Source: Candidatus Gorgyraea atricola
GTDB taxonomy: Bacteria; Omnitrophota; Gorgyraeia; Gorgyraeales; Gorgyraeaceae
Assembly: GCA_030765235.1 (NCBI GenBank)
Contig: JAVCCW010000029.1
Location: 219,499-283,498, forward strand
Reading direction: 5' to 3'
DNA length: 64,000 bases
The translations under genes and the position numbers were made by a program. Below the pieces are notes generated by a model. The model searched no databases. It was not told where the DNA came from and worked only from the letters and a program-made list of their open reading frames with translations. This document shows positions 1 to 10,109 of the stretch, piece after piece. Each line of letters starts with the position of its first letter. Position 1 is the first letter of the stretch.

Positions 1-57
1 TAATATTATCGGCAAGAAAGCCAAAAGAAACTTTAATGAAGGTGAGATGATAGAACT

Positions 58-1227
58 ATGAAAAGAAATATTTGTGTAGTGACGGGCTCTAGAGCAGAAT
101 ATGGGCTTTTGAGACCGTTGTTAGAAAAAATAAAAAATACCAACGGATTAAAGTTGAGTCTTATTGTTACTGGAATGCACTTGTCTTCTGACTTTGGATT
201 AACTTACAAAGAAATAGAAAGAGATGGATTTTGCATAGATGAAAAAGTCAACATATCTATTGTTTCCGATACGCCTTTAGGGGTTTCAAGGTCAATGGGG
301 CTAGCTATGCGAGGTATTTCAAGAGCTTATGAAAGGATCAAACCAGATATTGTAGTTATGCTTGGAGACAGGTTTGAGATTTTTAGCGCAGCTTCCGCAG
401 CGCTTATAGCAAGAATACCCGTTGCTCATATTCATGGCGGAGAGATTACGGAAGGCGCATTCGATGATGCTATGAGGCATTCTATAACCAAAATGAGTCA
501 TTTGCATTTTACTTCAACTGAGGAATACAGAAAAAGAGTTATTCAATTGGGAGAACAGCCAAATAGGGTATTTAATGTAGGGGCAATAGGATTGGACAAT
601 ATTAACAAAATAAAGTTATTGTCAAAAGCGACACTGGAAAAGAAGTTGAACTTAAAATTTAATAAACATAATTTATTAGTTACTTTTCATCCTGTTACCT
701 TAGAGAATAATACTTCAAAGATACAGTTTAATAATTTATTAAAAGCATTAGATAGGTTAAAAGATACTTATATTATTTTTACAAAATCAAATGCCGATAC
801 ATACGGCAGGATAATCAATAAAATGATTGATGAATATGTATCAAGAAAGTCTGATAAAGCTATTTCATTTACTTCAATGGGTCAATTAAAGTATCTTTCA
901 ACAATGCAATTTGTCGATGCTGTGGTAGGAAATTCATCAAGCGGGATCATAGAAGCGCCTAGTTTTAAGATAGGCACTATAAATATAGGAGATAGACAAA
1001 AAGGTAGAATCAGGGCAAAAAGCATTATAGATTGTGCTCCAATACAAAAGGATATAAACAGGGCATTTGGTAAATTATATTCTAAAAAATTCCAGGATTC
1101 CCTTAGAAGCGTAAAGAATCTTCATGGTAACAGCGGATCCGCGAAAAAAATAACCGAGATATTAAAGAGCTATAACTTAAAAGATATAATTAAAAAACAT
1201 TTTTTTGATGTAAATTTTGAATTTTAA
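58..1227 (+). CDS. UDP-N-acetylglucosamine (or UDP/GDP-diacetamido-sugar) 2-epimerase, hydrolysing; NeuC/LegG family
   Basis: 389 aa. N-terminus MKRNICVVTGSRAEYGLL and the internal GDRFE...AHIHGGE...HF motifs are typical of NeuC-type hydrolysing 2-epimerases. ATG at 58, with a purine-rich stretch upstream. Confidence 0.8.
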   Translation: MKRNICVVTGSRAEYGLLRPLLEKIKNTNGLKLSLIVTGMHLSSDFGLTYKEIERDGFCIDEKVNISIVSDTPLGVSRSMGLAMRGISRAYERIKPDIVVMLGDRFEIFSAASAALIARIPVAHIHGGEITEGAFDDAMRHSITKMSHLHFTSTEEYRKRVIQLGEQPNRVFNVGAIGLDNINKIKLLSKATLEKKLNLKFNKHNLLVTFHPVTLENNTSKIQFNNLLKALDRLKDTYIIFTKSNADTYGRIINKMIDEYVSRKSDKAISFTSMGQLKYLSTMQFVDAVVGNSSSGIIEAPSFKIGTINIGDRQKGRIRAKSIIDCAPIQKDINRAFGKLYSKKFQDSLRSVKNLHGNSGSAKKITEILKSYNLKDIIKKHFFDVNFEF

Positions 1228-1248
1228 CAGGTAAGAGAGGAAGCTAAA

Positions 1249-2451
1249 ATGGTCACAAAAACCTTAAGAGAGAAGACGCTTGAGAAGCAGATCGCTATTC
1301 AACCAAAAGATGTAAAATTTTGCAAAAGATGTGTTATGTCAAACCAGAGACCGCGGATTGTTTTTGATGAGGAAGGGGTCTGTAGCGCATGCAGGTATGC
1401 AGATGAGAAGAAAAACACAATAGACTGGAAAACGCGAGAGAACGAATTGCTAAAACTACTGGATAAGCATCGCAGAAATGACGGTCAGTGGGATGTATTG
1501 GTGCCTTGTAGCGGAGGCAAAGATGCCTCTTATGTGGCTCATCAATTAAAGCATAGATATGGTATGCACCCTTTGACAATAACATGGGCTCCTTTGAAAT
1601 ATACTGACATAGGATTTTCTAATTTGCAAAATTTTATAAATTCCGGATTCAACAATCTTCTTGGTTCTTCAAGCGGAAAGTTACAGCGCAAGCTTGCAAG
1701 GGTGGCTTTTGAAGAAGTAGGAGATCTCTTTTTACCATTTATCTATGGACAAATGTGTTTTCCTTTTCACATGGCCTTAAGATTGGGAATAAAGCTTGTA
1801 TTTTATGGCGAAAATGGCGAAGCTGAATATGGTGGTAATCCTAAAAATAATAATAGATCATATATGCCTTTAGAAGATTGGGCAGAGGCTTATTGGAAAG
1901 GCACAGCAATAGATAATCTCATAGATTACGCGTTGAAAAACAAAGATTATTTTAGCAAAAAAGATTTTGATAGTTCGGATCTAATTTTATACCGGCCGCC
2001 ATCTATTGAAGAGCTTAAACTTGCTAACATACAGATGCATTGGTATTCTTATTATCATAAATGGATCCCCCAGGAGAACTATTATTATTCTTCACAGAAC
2101 ACAGGGTTTAAAGCTAATCCTGAGCGTTCCGAAGGAACTTATTCTAAATATGCCAGTTTAGATGATAAAACAGACGGATTTCACTATTATATGGCTTTTA
2201 TAAAATTCGGTATAGGCAGGGCAATGTCTGATGCTGCTCATGAAATCAGAGATGGGCATATTACCAGGGATGAAGGAGTCAACCTTGTAAGGCGTTATGA
2301 TGGAGAGCTTCCGAAAAAATATTTTAAGGAAACCTTGGAATATCTTGATTTAACTGAAGATGATTTTTGGAATGTTGTTGATAGTTTTAGACAGCCGCAT
2401 TTATGGGTAAAAGCAAACGGAAAATGGAAGCTGAAGCACCAAGTTTCTTAA
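1249..2451 (+). CDS. N-acetyl sugar amidotransferase (WbuX/PseA-like PP-loop ATP pyrophosphatase; acetamidino-forming)
   Basis: 400 aa. Cys-rich N-terminus CKRCVMSNQRP...CSAC and PP-loop CSGGKDAS, as in LPS/flagellin-glycan N-acetyl sugar amidotransferases. RBS AGAGAGGAAG precedes ATG 1249. Confidence 0.7.
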   Translation: MVTKTLREKTLEKQIAIQPKDVKFCKRCVMSNQRPRIVFDEEGVCSACRYADEKKNTIDWKTRENELLKLLDKHRRNDGQWDVLVPCSGGKDASYVAHQLKHRYGMHPLTITWAPLKYTDIGFSNLQNFINSGFNNLLGSSSGKLQRKLARVAFEEVGDLFLPFIYGQMCFPFHMALRLGIKLVFYGENGEAEYGGNPKNNNRSYMPLEDWAEAYWKGTAIDNLIDYALKNKDYFSKKDFDSSDLILYRPPSIEELKLANIQMHWYSYYHKWIPQENYYYSSQNTGFKANPERSEGTYSKYASLDDKTDGFHYYMAFIKFGIGRAMSDAAHEIRDGHITRDEGVNLVRRYDGELPKKYFKETLEYLDLTEDDFWNVVDSFRQPHLWVKANGKWKLKHQVS

Positions 2452-2505
2452 GAGACAAAACTATGAATTTAGGAGTTATTTGTTTGACAGGAGGCAGTGT
2501 ATTAT

Positions 2506-3606
2506 ATGACAAAAAAGAATAATCCCAAAAAAATGAGAGAAAATATCAATTTATTCTTGGTCAATAAAAGGCTTACCATAAAAGATGCCATGAAAAGAAT
2601 GGATCAGGCAGGTGAAAAAATTTTATTTCTCGTAGATAAAAACATGAGGCTATTAGGCTCTTTAACGGACGGGGATATGAGAAGATGGATACTGAACGAA
2701 GGAGTCTTATCCGAAAAAATAGATAAAGTGTTCAATTCTAATCCTTTTTTCGTCAAGGAAGATTATGATTTAGAAGCAGTGAAGGATCTCATGATCAAAG
2801 AAAAAATAGAATGGTTACCTGTAATAGACAGAAAACGTAGAGTAATCGATATACTTTTTTGGGAAGATATTTTTCAGAAAAAGAAAAAAAATGGAAACAA
2901 TTTAAATATACCTGTTGTAGTAATGGCAGGAGGAGAAGGATTGCGTCTAAATCCTTTTACAAGGATATTGCCTAAACCCCTGATTCCCATAGGGGAAGAT
3001 CCTGTAAGCAAGATAATCATGGATCGTTTTAGCGGATTTGGGTGTAAGAATTTTTATATGATTTTATGCTATAAATCTGAGATGGTTAAGACTTATTTCA
3101 GCAACGTAAGAAAGGGTTATGAAATTAACTATATTCAGGAAAAGAAACCTCTTGGCACTGCAGGAGGGTTACAGTTTTTACCTAAAGACATAGCTGAGGA
3201 TTTTTTTGTTACAAATTGCGATGCTATTATCAAGGCGGATTACAGTGACATATACAGATTTCACAAAGAAAAAAGACACGATATAACATTAATCGCTTCA
3301 ATGCAGCACTTAAAGGTGCCATATGGAGTCGTTGAAATTGATAATCCGGGATCTTTGAAGAAGATAGTTGAAAAACCGGAATATGATTTTCTGGCAAATA
3401 CAGGCATGTATGTTTTAAGTAAAAAAGTTTTAGATTTTATTCCTAAGAATAAAGTTTTCCATATTACGGATTTGATCCATGCTATTAAAAAAGCGGGAAG
3501 AAATGTCGGAGTTTATCCTGTATCTGGAAAATCGTGGATGGATGTGGGGCAGTGGGAGGAGTACAGAAAGACGTTGACGGAATTTAATGAATGGGTGAAA
3601 ACATGA
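2506..3606 (+). CDS. CBS-domain sugar-1-phosphate nucleotidyltransferase (PtmE-like, GlcNAc-1-P nucleotidyltransferase)
   Basis: N-terminal tandem CBS-like region, then nucleotidyltransferase signature VVVMAGGEGLRLNPFTRILPKPLIPIG. The tabulated start at 2497 is GTG. ATG at 2506 has a better-spaced RBS (GACAGGAGG). Confidence 0.7.
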   Translation: MTKKNNPKKMRENINLFLVNKRLTIKDAMKRMDQAGEKILFLVDKNMRLLGSLTDGDMRRWILNEGVLSEKIDKVFNSNPFFVKEDYDLEAVKDLMIKEKIEWLPVIDRKRRVIDILFWEDIFQKKKKNGNNLNIPVVVMAGGEGLRLNPFTRILPKPLIPIGEDPVSKIIMDRFSGFGCKNFYMILCYKSEMVKTYFSNVRKGYEINYIQEKKPLGTAGGLQFLPKDIAEDFFVTNCDAIIKADYSDIYRFHKEKRHDITLIASMQHLKVPYGVVEIDNPGSLKKIVEKPEYDFLANTGMYVLSKKVLDFIPKNKVFHITDLIHAIKKAGRNVGVYPVSGKSWMDVGQWEEYRKTLTEFNEWVKT

Positions 3607-4328
3607 TTCAAGGGAAAAAGGTTTTATCTTTAATTTCAGCAAGAGGGGGCTCAAAGAGGTTACCCGGAAAGAATATTAGAGACATTGCCGGAAAACCTCT
3701 TATTGCTTGGACAATTGAACAGGCGAAGAACAGCAAATATATAGACAGGGTAATTGTTTCAACGGATGATAGGAAAATATCCGAGGTGGCGACAAGGTAT
3801 GGCGCAGATATGCCATTTTTAAGGCCATGGGAATTAGCGAAAGATGATAGCAAGGGGATTGACGTTGCTGTACATGCTATAGAATGGATGGAAAAAAACA
3901 ATACCCCGTATGATTTATTAATATTGCTTCAGCCTACTTCTCCTCTTAGGAGATCAGTGGATATAGATAAAGCGATAGAGTCTATATTTTTAAAAAATGC
4001 CAGTGCTATTGTTTCAGTTTGTGAAACAGAACACCATCCTTTTTGGGCAAATATTTTGCCCGAGAATGGATGTATGAAAAATTTTTTGGATAAACGAATA
4101 GTTAATAAAAATAGACAAGAATTACCGTTGTTTTATAGATTAAACGGCGCAATTTATATTGCCTATGCGGATTACATAAAATCACATAAGACTTTTTTTG
4201 GCAATAAAACCTATGCTTATATAATGCCGACAGAGAGATCAGTAGATATTGATTCTGAAATAGATATTAAATTTGCAGAATTTTTATTATATGATAAATA
4301 TTTCACAAAGAAGGGAACAAATGATTAA
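3603..4328 (+). CDS. Acylneuraminate cytidylyltransferase family (CMP-nonulosonic acid synthetase, NeuA/LegF-like)
   Basis: The MIQGKKVLSLISARGGSKRLPGKNI N-terminus is a classic CMP-NeuAc synthetase motif. Its ATG overlaps the upstream stop (ATGA at 3603-3606). Confidence 0.8.
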   Translation: MIQGKKVLSLISARGGSKRLPGKNIRDIAGKPLIAWTIEQAKNSKYIDRVIVSTDDRKISEVATRYGADMPFLRPWELAKDDSKGIDVAVHAIEWMEKNNTPYDLLILLQPTSPLRRSVDIDKAIESIFLKNASAIVSVCETEHHPFWANILPENGCMKNFLDKRIVNKNRQELPLFYRLNGAIYIAYADYIKSHKTFFGNKTYAYIMPTERSVDIDSEIDIKFAEFLLYDKYFTKKGTND

Positions 4329-5493
4329 AAGAGTAATTTTTCTTATCGAGTCGCCTTTTAATTTAAGAGATTATAAGCGATTTGGAATTGAAATACTAGA
4401 GAAAGATGGATTTTATGTAGAAGTGTGGGATTTAAGCCCTCTTTTATACTCTAGTTTTTCAAAGATATACTCGCCTCCTGATGCATTTAAGTATGAAAAA
4501 TTGACTATATTAGATAATAAGGTTGAAATGTGTGACAAATTATCCAATTTATCACACAGTGATTTTGTTATAAATTTTATAGCTTATAATTTTAAAGGCC
4601 TTGAAATTTACAGGGCACTAAGCAAATCATCTGCAGATTACGCGGTTTGTCATATTAATATCATTCCGATATCTAAAATTAGCAAGTCTACAATATCTTC
4701 TAAATTGCTGAAAGTAATTAAGCAATTGGCCAGCATAAGATATCCTAGCGTTTGGAAAAGACTATTTATGAAGTTACCACCGCGTTGTATTGGAGTAAGA
4801 GCACCCAAGTTGATCCTGCTTGGAGGAAATAAGTGCGCTGATAATCATTATCCTGCTGATAAGCATACTGAAAATATACAGATTCATTCTTTAGATTATG
4901 ATTTATATTTAGAAAATAAAAACAATATTTTTGCAGAGAAACCTGTTGCTGTTTTTTTGGATGAATTTCTTCCTTTTCATTCTGATTTTATCCTAATGGG
5001 CAGGCCTTCACCGGCTAAACCGGAAATATATTATAAATTACTTAATGATTTTTTTGATATCGTAGAAAAGGAAACAGGGCTTGAAGTGGTTATAGCAGCT
5101 CATCCAAGGTCGACTTATGAAAACTTCCCTGATTATTTTAATGGCAGGAAATGCATAAGAGGTAAGACGGTAGAGCTCACAAGGGATTGCAAGTTAATTT
5201 TGACTCATTGCAGTACGTCTCTTAATTTTGCCAATCTTTTTTATAAGTCTATTATTTTTATCACTTATTCAGATATAGATAGTTCTTATGAAGGTTGTCA
5301 GATCAAGATGACTGCCAAATGCTATGGAAAAAGACCTATTTTTATAGATAAAGACAGACAAATTGATTTTCAGAAAGAATTTTTAGTGAATAAAAATTGT
5401 TATGACAATTTTCGGCGAGAACATATAAAAGCAGACAATAGTGAGGATTTGTTGTTTTGGCAGATAGTTTCAAATAGGTTAAAGAAGATGTAA
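4321..5493 (+). CDS. Hypothetical GT-B-like transferase with HP motif (candidate nonulosonic/ulosonic acid transferase or TagF/KpsS-like enzyme)
   Basis: About 390 aa; ATG at 4321 after AAGGGAAC. It contains VVIAAHPRS followed by a hydrophobic Ser/Thr-rich segment (LILTHCSTSLNFANL). This segment can be aligned with parts of ORFs 7647-10109 and 21207-22970. Confidence 0.35.
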   Translation: MIKRVIFLIESPFNLRDYKRFGIEILEKDGFYVEVWDLSPLLYSSFSKIYSPPDAFKYEKLTILDNKVEMCDKLSNLSHSDFVINFIAYNFKGLEIYRALSKSSADYAVCHINIIPISKISKSTISSKLLKVIKQLASIRYPSVWKRLFMKLPPRCIGVRAPKLILLGGNKCADNHYPADKHTENIQIHSLDYDLYLENKNNIFAEKPVAVFLDEFLPFHSDFILMGRPSPAKPEIYYKLLNDFFDIVEKETGLEVVIAAHPRSTYENFPDYFNGRKCIRGKTVELTRDCKLILTHCSTSLNFANLFYKSIIFITYSDIDSSYEGCQIKMTAKCYGKRPIFIDKDRQIDFQKEFLVNKNCYDNFRREHIKADNSEDLLFWQIVSNRLKKM

Positions 5494-5524
5494 GGTTGTA
5501 ATTATCAATAAGGAGGGAATACTT

Positions 5525-6496
5525 ATGTTTAATAACAAAGCTGTATTAATAACAGGCGGAACAGGGTCGTTTGGAAAAAAGTTTACGGAAATAGTGCTTA
5601 AAAAATATAAGCCTAAGAAAGTAATAATTTACAGCAGGGACGAATTTAAGCAGTATGAGATGCAAAAGCATTTTAAAGAATATAAAAACATAAGATTTTT
5701 TATAGGGGATGTAAGAGACAAGGATAGGTTGCTTGTTGCTTTTCAAGGTGTTGATTTCGTAGTGCATGCTGCTGCGCTTAAGCATGTTCCTGCGATGGAA
5801 TATAATCCTGCAGAAGCAGTGAAGACTAATACCCTTGGCGCGATGAATATCATAGATGCTGCGGTAGAGCGTTGCGTAAAGAAAGTAATAGCATTAAGTA
5901 CTGATAAGGCCTGTAATCCTATCAATCTTTACGGTGCGACCAAGCTATGTTCGGATAAGTTGTTTATCGCCGGGAATGCTTATTCAGGAAAAGCAGATAC
6001 CAGATTCAGCGTTGTCAGATATGGTAATGTAATGGGGAGCAGAGGCAGTGTCATACCATTTTTTACCGAGAGCGTAAAAAGTGGAGTTATTCCGATAACA
6101 GATGATAGGATGACACGTTTCCTGATCACGCTTGAGCAATCTGTAGAGTTTGTTATCAAGTGTTTTAGCTTGATGCACGGAGGCGAACTTTTTGTGCCAA
6201 AGATTCCGAGCACGAAGATCATAGATTTAGCCAGAGCTATCGGGCCTAGATGCAAGATAAAGTCAGTCGGCATAAGACCAGGTGAGAAACTTCACGAAGT
6301 CATGGTTTCAGAAGATGATGCAAGGAATGCAATGGAATTTAAAGATTATTATATAGTAAAGCCCAGTTTTCCCTGGTGGAAAGATAAGAATCATTCGGGA
6401 GGGAAAAGAGTACCGGATGGTTTTAGGTACGCCAGTAATAATAATAAAGATTGGCTTAAGGGCGAGAGGTTAAAGAAATTTTTGAACCTGACATAA
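5525..6496 (+). CDS. pseB: Nucleotide-sugar (UDP/GDP-GlcNAc) 4,6-dehydratase, PseB/LegB/CapD family
   Basis: The MFNNKAVLITGGTGSFGKKF N-terminus matches PseB/FlmA-type short-chain dehydratases. Strong RBS AAGGAGGG upstream. It lies immediately upstream of a DegT aminotransferase. Confidence 0.8.
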   Translation: MFNNKAVLITGGTGSFGKKFTEIVLKKYKPKKVIIYSRDEFKQYEMQKHFKEYKNIRFFIGDVRDKDRLLVAFQGVDFVVHAAALKHVPAMEYNPAEAVKTNTLGAMNIIDAAVERCVKKVIALSTDKACNPINLYGATKLCSDKLFIAGNAYSGKADTRFSVVRYGNVMGSRGSVIPFFTESVKSGVIPITDDRMTRFLITLEQSVEFVIKCFSLMHGGELFVPKIPSTKIIDLARAIGPRCKIKSVGIRPGEKLHEVMVSEDDARNAMEFKDYYIVKPSFPWWKDKNHSGGKRVPDGFRYASNNNKDWLKGERLKKFLNLT

Positions 6497-6507
6497 AAGG
6501 CATAGAT

Positions 6508-7650
6508 ATGAAAAGATTTATCCCATACGCGAGACAGTCAGTGGACTCTGACGATATAAAAGCGGTTGCAGATGTTCTGAGATCTGATTATCTGACGCAA
6601 GGTCCGAAGGTGCATGAATTTGAAAAAAAGGTAGCGGACTATTGCGGCGCAAAGTATGCCGTAGCTTTGAATTCAGGCACGTCAGCTTTACATGCGGCAT
6701 GTTTTGTATCAGGCATTAAGCAGGGGGATGAGGTCATAACATCACCGATAAGTTTTGCGGCATCAAGCAATTGCGTTTTGTATTGCGGTGGTACGCCGAA
6801 ATTTGTGGATATACTTGAAGATACTATAGCGATAGATCCTTGTGAGATTCAAAAGGCAATAACAAAAAGGACAAAAGCCATCATCCCTGTGGATTTTGCA
6901 GGGCATCCTGCGGAATTGAATGAGATAAAAAGAATTGCTTCTAAGTACGGGCTTGTGGTTATAGAAGACGCTGCCCACGCGTTAGGCGCAGAGTATAGGG
7001 GTAATAAAACAGGCTGTGGAAAATATTCAGATATGACGATTTTGAGTTTTCACGCGGTAAAACATATAACCACAGGCGAAGGCGGAATGGTACTGACCAA
7101 TAGAAAAGACCTGTATGATAAATTGGTCATGTTCAGGACACATGGTATCACACGCGATAAAAAGATGCTGTTAGATAAGAATAAGCCTGAATGGTTTTAT
7201 GAGATGCAGTTTCCCGGTTTTAATTACAGGATTGCGGATATCCAGTGCGCTCTGGGATTGAGCCAGATGGAGAAACTTGATTCTTTTGTGAAAATGCGAA
7301 GAAAGATAGCAGGTTTGTATAAAGAGAGTTTCAGTGATATCAACGATATTACCTGTTTGACTGAGAGGAAATACGCTAAATCGAGCTGGCATATTTTTCC
7401 TGTGTGTATAAAGAGGAATAGGGATATGGTTTTTGACAGGCTCAGGCGCAGAGGCATAGGAGCAAATCTTCATTATATCCCGATCTATCTGCACCCGTAT
7501 TATAAAAAGTTGGGATATAAGAAAGGGCTGTGCCCTAAAGCAGAGGGGTATTATAAAAAAACAATAACCCTGCCTCTCTATCCAGTTATGTCTATTAATC
7601 AGGTTGAAAGAGTAATTAACGCTGTTAAAGATGCTGCAAATAGCTTATGA
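6508..7650 (+). CDS. pseC: DegT/DnrJ/EryC1/StrS-family PLP aminotransferase (PseC/LegC-like sugar 4-aminotransferase)
   Basis: 380 aa. Conserved stretches DYLTQGPKVHEFEKK...ALNSGTSALH...SFHAVKHITTGEGG, with the Lys of AVKHI typical of the PLP site. Confidence 0.8.
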   Translation: MKRFIPYARQSVDSDDIKAVADVLRSDYLTQGPKVHEFEKKVADYCGAKYAVALNSGTSALHAACFVSGIKQGDEVITSPISFAASSNCVLYCGGTPKFVDILEDTIAIDPCEIQKAITKRTKAIIPVDFAGHPAELNEIKRIASKYGLVVIEDAAHALGAEYRGNKTGCGKYSDMTILSFHAVKHITTGEGGMVLTNRKDLYDKLVMFRTHGITRDKKMLLDKNKPEWFYEMQFPGFNYRIADIQCALGLSQMEKLDSFVKMRRKIAGLYKESFSDINDITCLTERKYAKSSWHIFPVCIKRNRDMVFDRLRRRGIGANLHYIPIYLHPYYKKLGYKKGLCPKAEGYYKKTITLPLYPVMSINQVERVINAVKDAANSL

Positions 7651-10109
7651 AAATTTTGTTAATTAAGGATTTAATGATGGAATTAAATTCAAAACATTAC
7701 AGCTCTGTTGAAACACAAAAGCGGCCGGAATATCTCGAGTGGGCTGGTTCAAATATAGCTGATATGGCTAATGAATTTGTTCAAAAAAATAAGTTACTGG
7801 ATTCATATTTTATTAAAGGAATGAACAGGATTTTTAGAACCAGCCGTTTTGAACTTTTATTAAAAAGGTGGATAGTGGCTTATTTATGGGATTTTTTCAG
7901 CATGCTGGATGATTTTTTATCATATCATTCACAATTAAACGAGGAATTAGTTTTAGAAGACATGCCTTTAAGCAGATTTGGAATTATGAAATATTATTCC
8001 AGATTCGGTTTAATGTCTAAGATAAAATGGAAAAAACAGGCAAATTTATTGCAGAAAATTTTCAGCATTTCGCTGAAATCTTTAAGTATTTTTTATCTTA
8101 GCTTATCTAAAGGATTGAGGATATATGGGAAAAGAAAACAATACAAAGTAATGCGCGAAGCAATATGGGGCTTATATGATACTGGCGGAAATTATCTTCA
8201 CGACGATTTTTTTATAGACGACAATAAGATTAAAAAAGAAGAGTTTCTTTTATTTTCAAGAGGGATTCCTAAGGAGAAGGGCAGGCTGAAAGGATATCAT
8301 GATGCAAAAAAATCCCCTTATGCCCATTTCGATCTCTCATCCTTGCCATTAGGAATCAACTCTTTTTTATCGCGAATAATTCCTAAATATATTATTTCAG
8401 CCAGTATTGCATTATTTAAAGAAATGTATTCCAGTAACTTTTCGTTGTATTGGAGCGTTTATCTGTCTTTTATATACAGCGCCATGCCATATGAAAAAGT
8501 ATTTTCTAATTATGAGGTAGTTTCTGAGTTAGGGCATAATTATTTTTCTGCCGGTCATATTGCAGAGGCAATTATATGCGAGAATTATGGTACAAAATAC
8601 TATTTAATGCACTTGTCTGACCACGCCGTATCTATAAATAAGTTTCTATTTTCATACTTAGGGTGCGATGGTCTTTTGTTGTGGGGCAAAGCGCATGCTG
8701 AAGATGCAATAATCGATGATAAAATTTTGAAACCTATGGGGTATGTTTTTAAAAAATTTATCAAAGAGGCGATTATTAACAGAGACAAGGTTATAAACGA
8801 GATAGGCATAAAGGTAAAAGGTAAGGTAATAACTTTTTTTGACGAAAGCTTTGGCGGCAGGTGCAAGATGACAGGGGATAATTATGTAACGTTCTGGGAT
8901 ACAGCATTAAGGCTGGCGCAACAAACAGAAAGAGATAATGTCATATTGATAAAGCCCAAAGATCTATCCAGAGCGGACAATCTATCAAGAAATCTGTTAG
9001 AGAAGTTTATTGATATAAAAAATAAGCTGGAAAAGATGGAAAATGTTCGTATCATAACTTCCGATAAGTGGTCTTTTATGGAGGTTATAGGAATATCCGA
9101 TATAGTGGTGACGCAGGGCATGACCAGTTCAGCTACGATAGCTATCATTTGCGGGATTCAGGGCATGTATCTGGATCAGGCGCAATACGACCATCCATTT
9201 TCAAAGGCCTTTAAAGACGCGATAGTATTCGATAATCCAGAAAAAATACTGTTAATGATTCAAAAGATATTAATAGGCAAGGAAAACCCATTAAAAAATA
9301 TTCCGGAGGGCACGTTAAGAGCTTTTGATGAATATCAGGATGAGAGAGGCATAGACCTGTTTCGGGATATTCTGTCAGGAAAAACTCGCAGGCGCGTTGG
9401 AGTCATTATTCAGGCCAGGATGGGCTCAACCAGATTGCCGGGAAAAGCAATGAGGCCCATATTGAATAAACCAATACTGGAAATTTTAGTAGAAAGGCTG
9501 CGAAGATGCAAAAAGACAGATTTGTTGAGCATTGCTACAACGATAAATAAGAATGATGATATTATTGAGGCCTTAGCCCGCAAGCTAAAAGTGGAGTGTT
9601 TTAGAGGCGACGAGGAAGATGTACTTGGTAGATATTACGAGGCAGCTAAGAAATATGGCTTAGACATAATTGTTAGAATTACTTCAGATTGCCCTTTAAC
9701 AGATCCATCCCTGGTTGATGATGTGATAGTATATTATCTTGACAACCCACAGGTAGATTATGTGTCAAATGTTATAAACAGGACATATCCTCGGGGGTTT
9801 GATATAGAGGTGTTTAGTTTTCAAAGCTTAAAAAAGGCCTCAGAAAAAGCTGTTAAGCCGTATCAAAGGGAACATGTTACCCCTTTTATCTATGAAAATA
9901 TGGGATGTCTTAATTATGAAGACGACAGGGATTCTTCAAAATACAGAGTTACAGTAGATACAGTAGAGGACTTTGAGTTAGTTTCGGCCATATACGATAT
10001 TTTAAATAAAGGCGCTCAGTTTGGTTACAGGCAGGTTGTTGACCTGCTTGATTCAAGGCCGGATCTGGTTGCGCTTAATCAGTTTGTGGAGCAAAAAGCT
10101 GTAAAATGA
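7647..10109 (+). CDS. Fusion protein: N-terminal transferase-like domain (about 560 aa) + C-terminal SpsF/PseF-like CMP-sugar cytidylyltransferase
   Basis: C-terminal VGVIIQARMGSTRLPGKAM...ITSDCPLTDP is the PseF/SpsF signature. The N-terminal region carries a KP/HP-type segment, IKPKD...GISDIVVTQGMTSSATIAIICGIQGMYLD. This aligns with ORF 21207 (RFHPAT...GVILYTWTTVCLEALKMGCPAIYLD). The start could also be the internal Met at about 7674. Confidence 0.6.
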   Translation: MKILLIKDLMMELNSKHYSSVETQKRPEYLEWAGSNIADMANEFVQKNKLLDSYFIKGMNRIFRTSRFELLLKRWIVAYLWDFFSMLDDFLSYHSQLNEELVLEDMPLSRFGIMKYYSRFGLMSKIKWKKQANLLQKIFSISLKSLSIFYLSLSKGLRIYGKRKQYKVMREAIWGLYDTGGNYLHDDFFIDDNKIKKEEFLLFSRGIPKEKGRLKGYHDAKKSPYAHFDLSSLPLGINSFLSRIIPKYIISASIALFKEMYSSNFSLYWSVYLSFIYSAMPYEKVFSNYEVVSELGHNYFSAGHIAEAIICENYGTKYYLMHLSDHAVSINKFLFSYLGCDGLLLWGKAHAEDAIIDDKILKPMGYVFKKFIKEAIINRDKVINEIGIKVKGKVITFFDESFGGRCKMTGDNYVTFWDTALRLAQQTERDNVILIKPKDLSRADNLSRNLLEKFIDIKNKLEKMENVRIITSDKWSFMEVIGISDIVVTQGMTSSATIAIICGIQGMYLDQAQYDHPFSKAFKDAIVFDNPEKILLMIQKILIGKENPLKNIPEGTLRAFDEYQDERGIDLFRDILSGKTRRRVGVIIQARMGSTRLPGKAMRPILNKPILEILVERLRRCKKTDLLSIATTINKNDDIIEALARKLKVECFRGDEEDVLGRYYEAAKKYGLDIIVRITSDCPLTDPSLVDDVIVYYLDNPQVDYVSNVINRTYPRGFDIEVFSFQSLKKASEKAVKPYQREHVTPFIYENMGCLNYEDDRDSSKYRVTVDTVEDFELVSAIYDILNKGAQFGYRQVVDLLDSRPDLVALNQFVEQKAVK

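Noticed and set aside
319-507. Short antisense ORFs inside long + strand genes (e.g. 319-507, 1334-1585, 3608-3901, 5980-6273, 19077-19589, 42369-42869, 54986-55564)
   Set aside because: They lie entirely within strongly supported coding regions on the opposite strand. They have no RBS and no recognisable motifs, and are of the kind expected by chance. I treat them as shadow ORFs.
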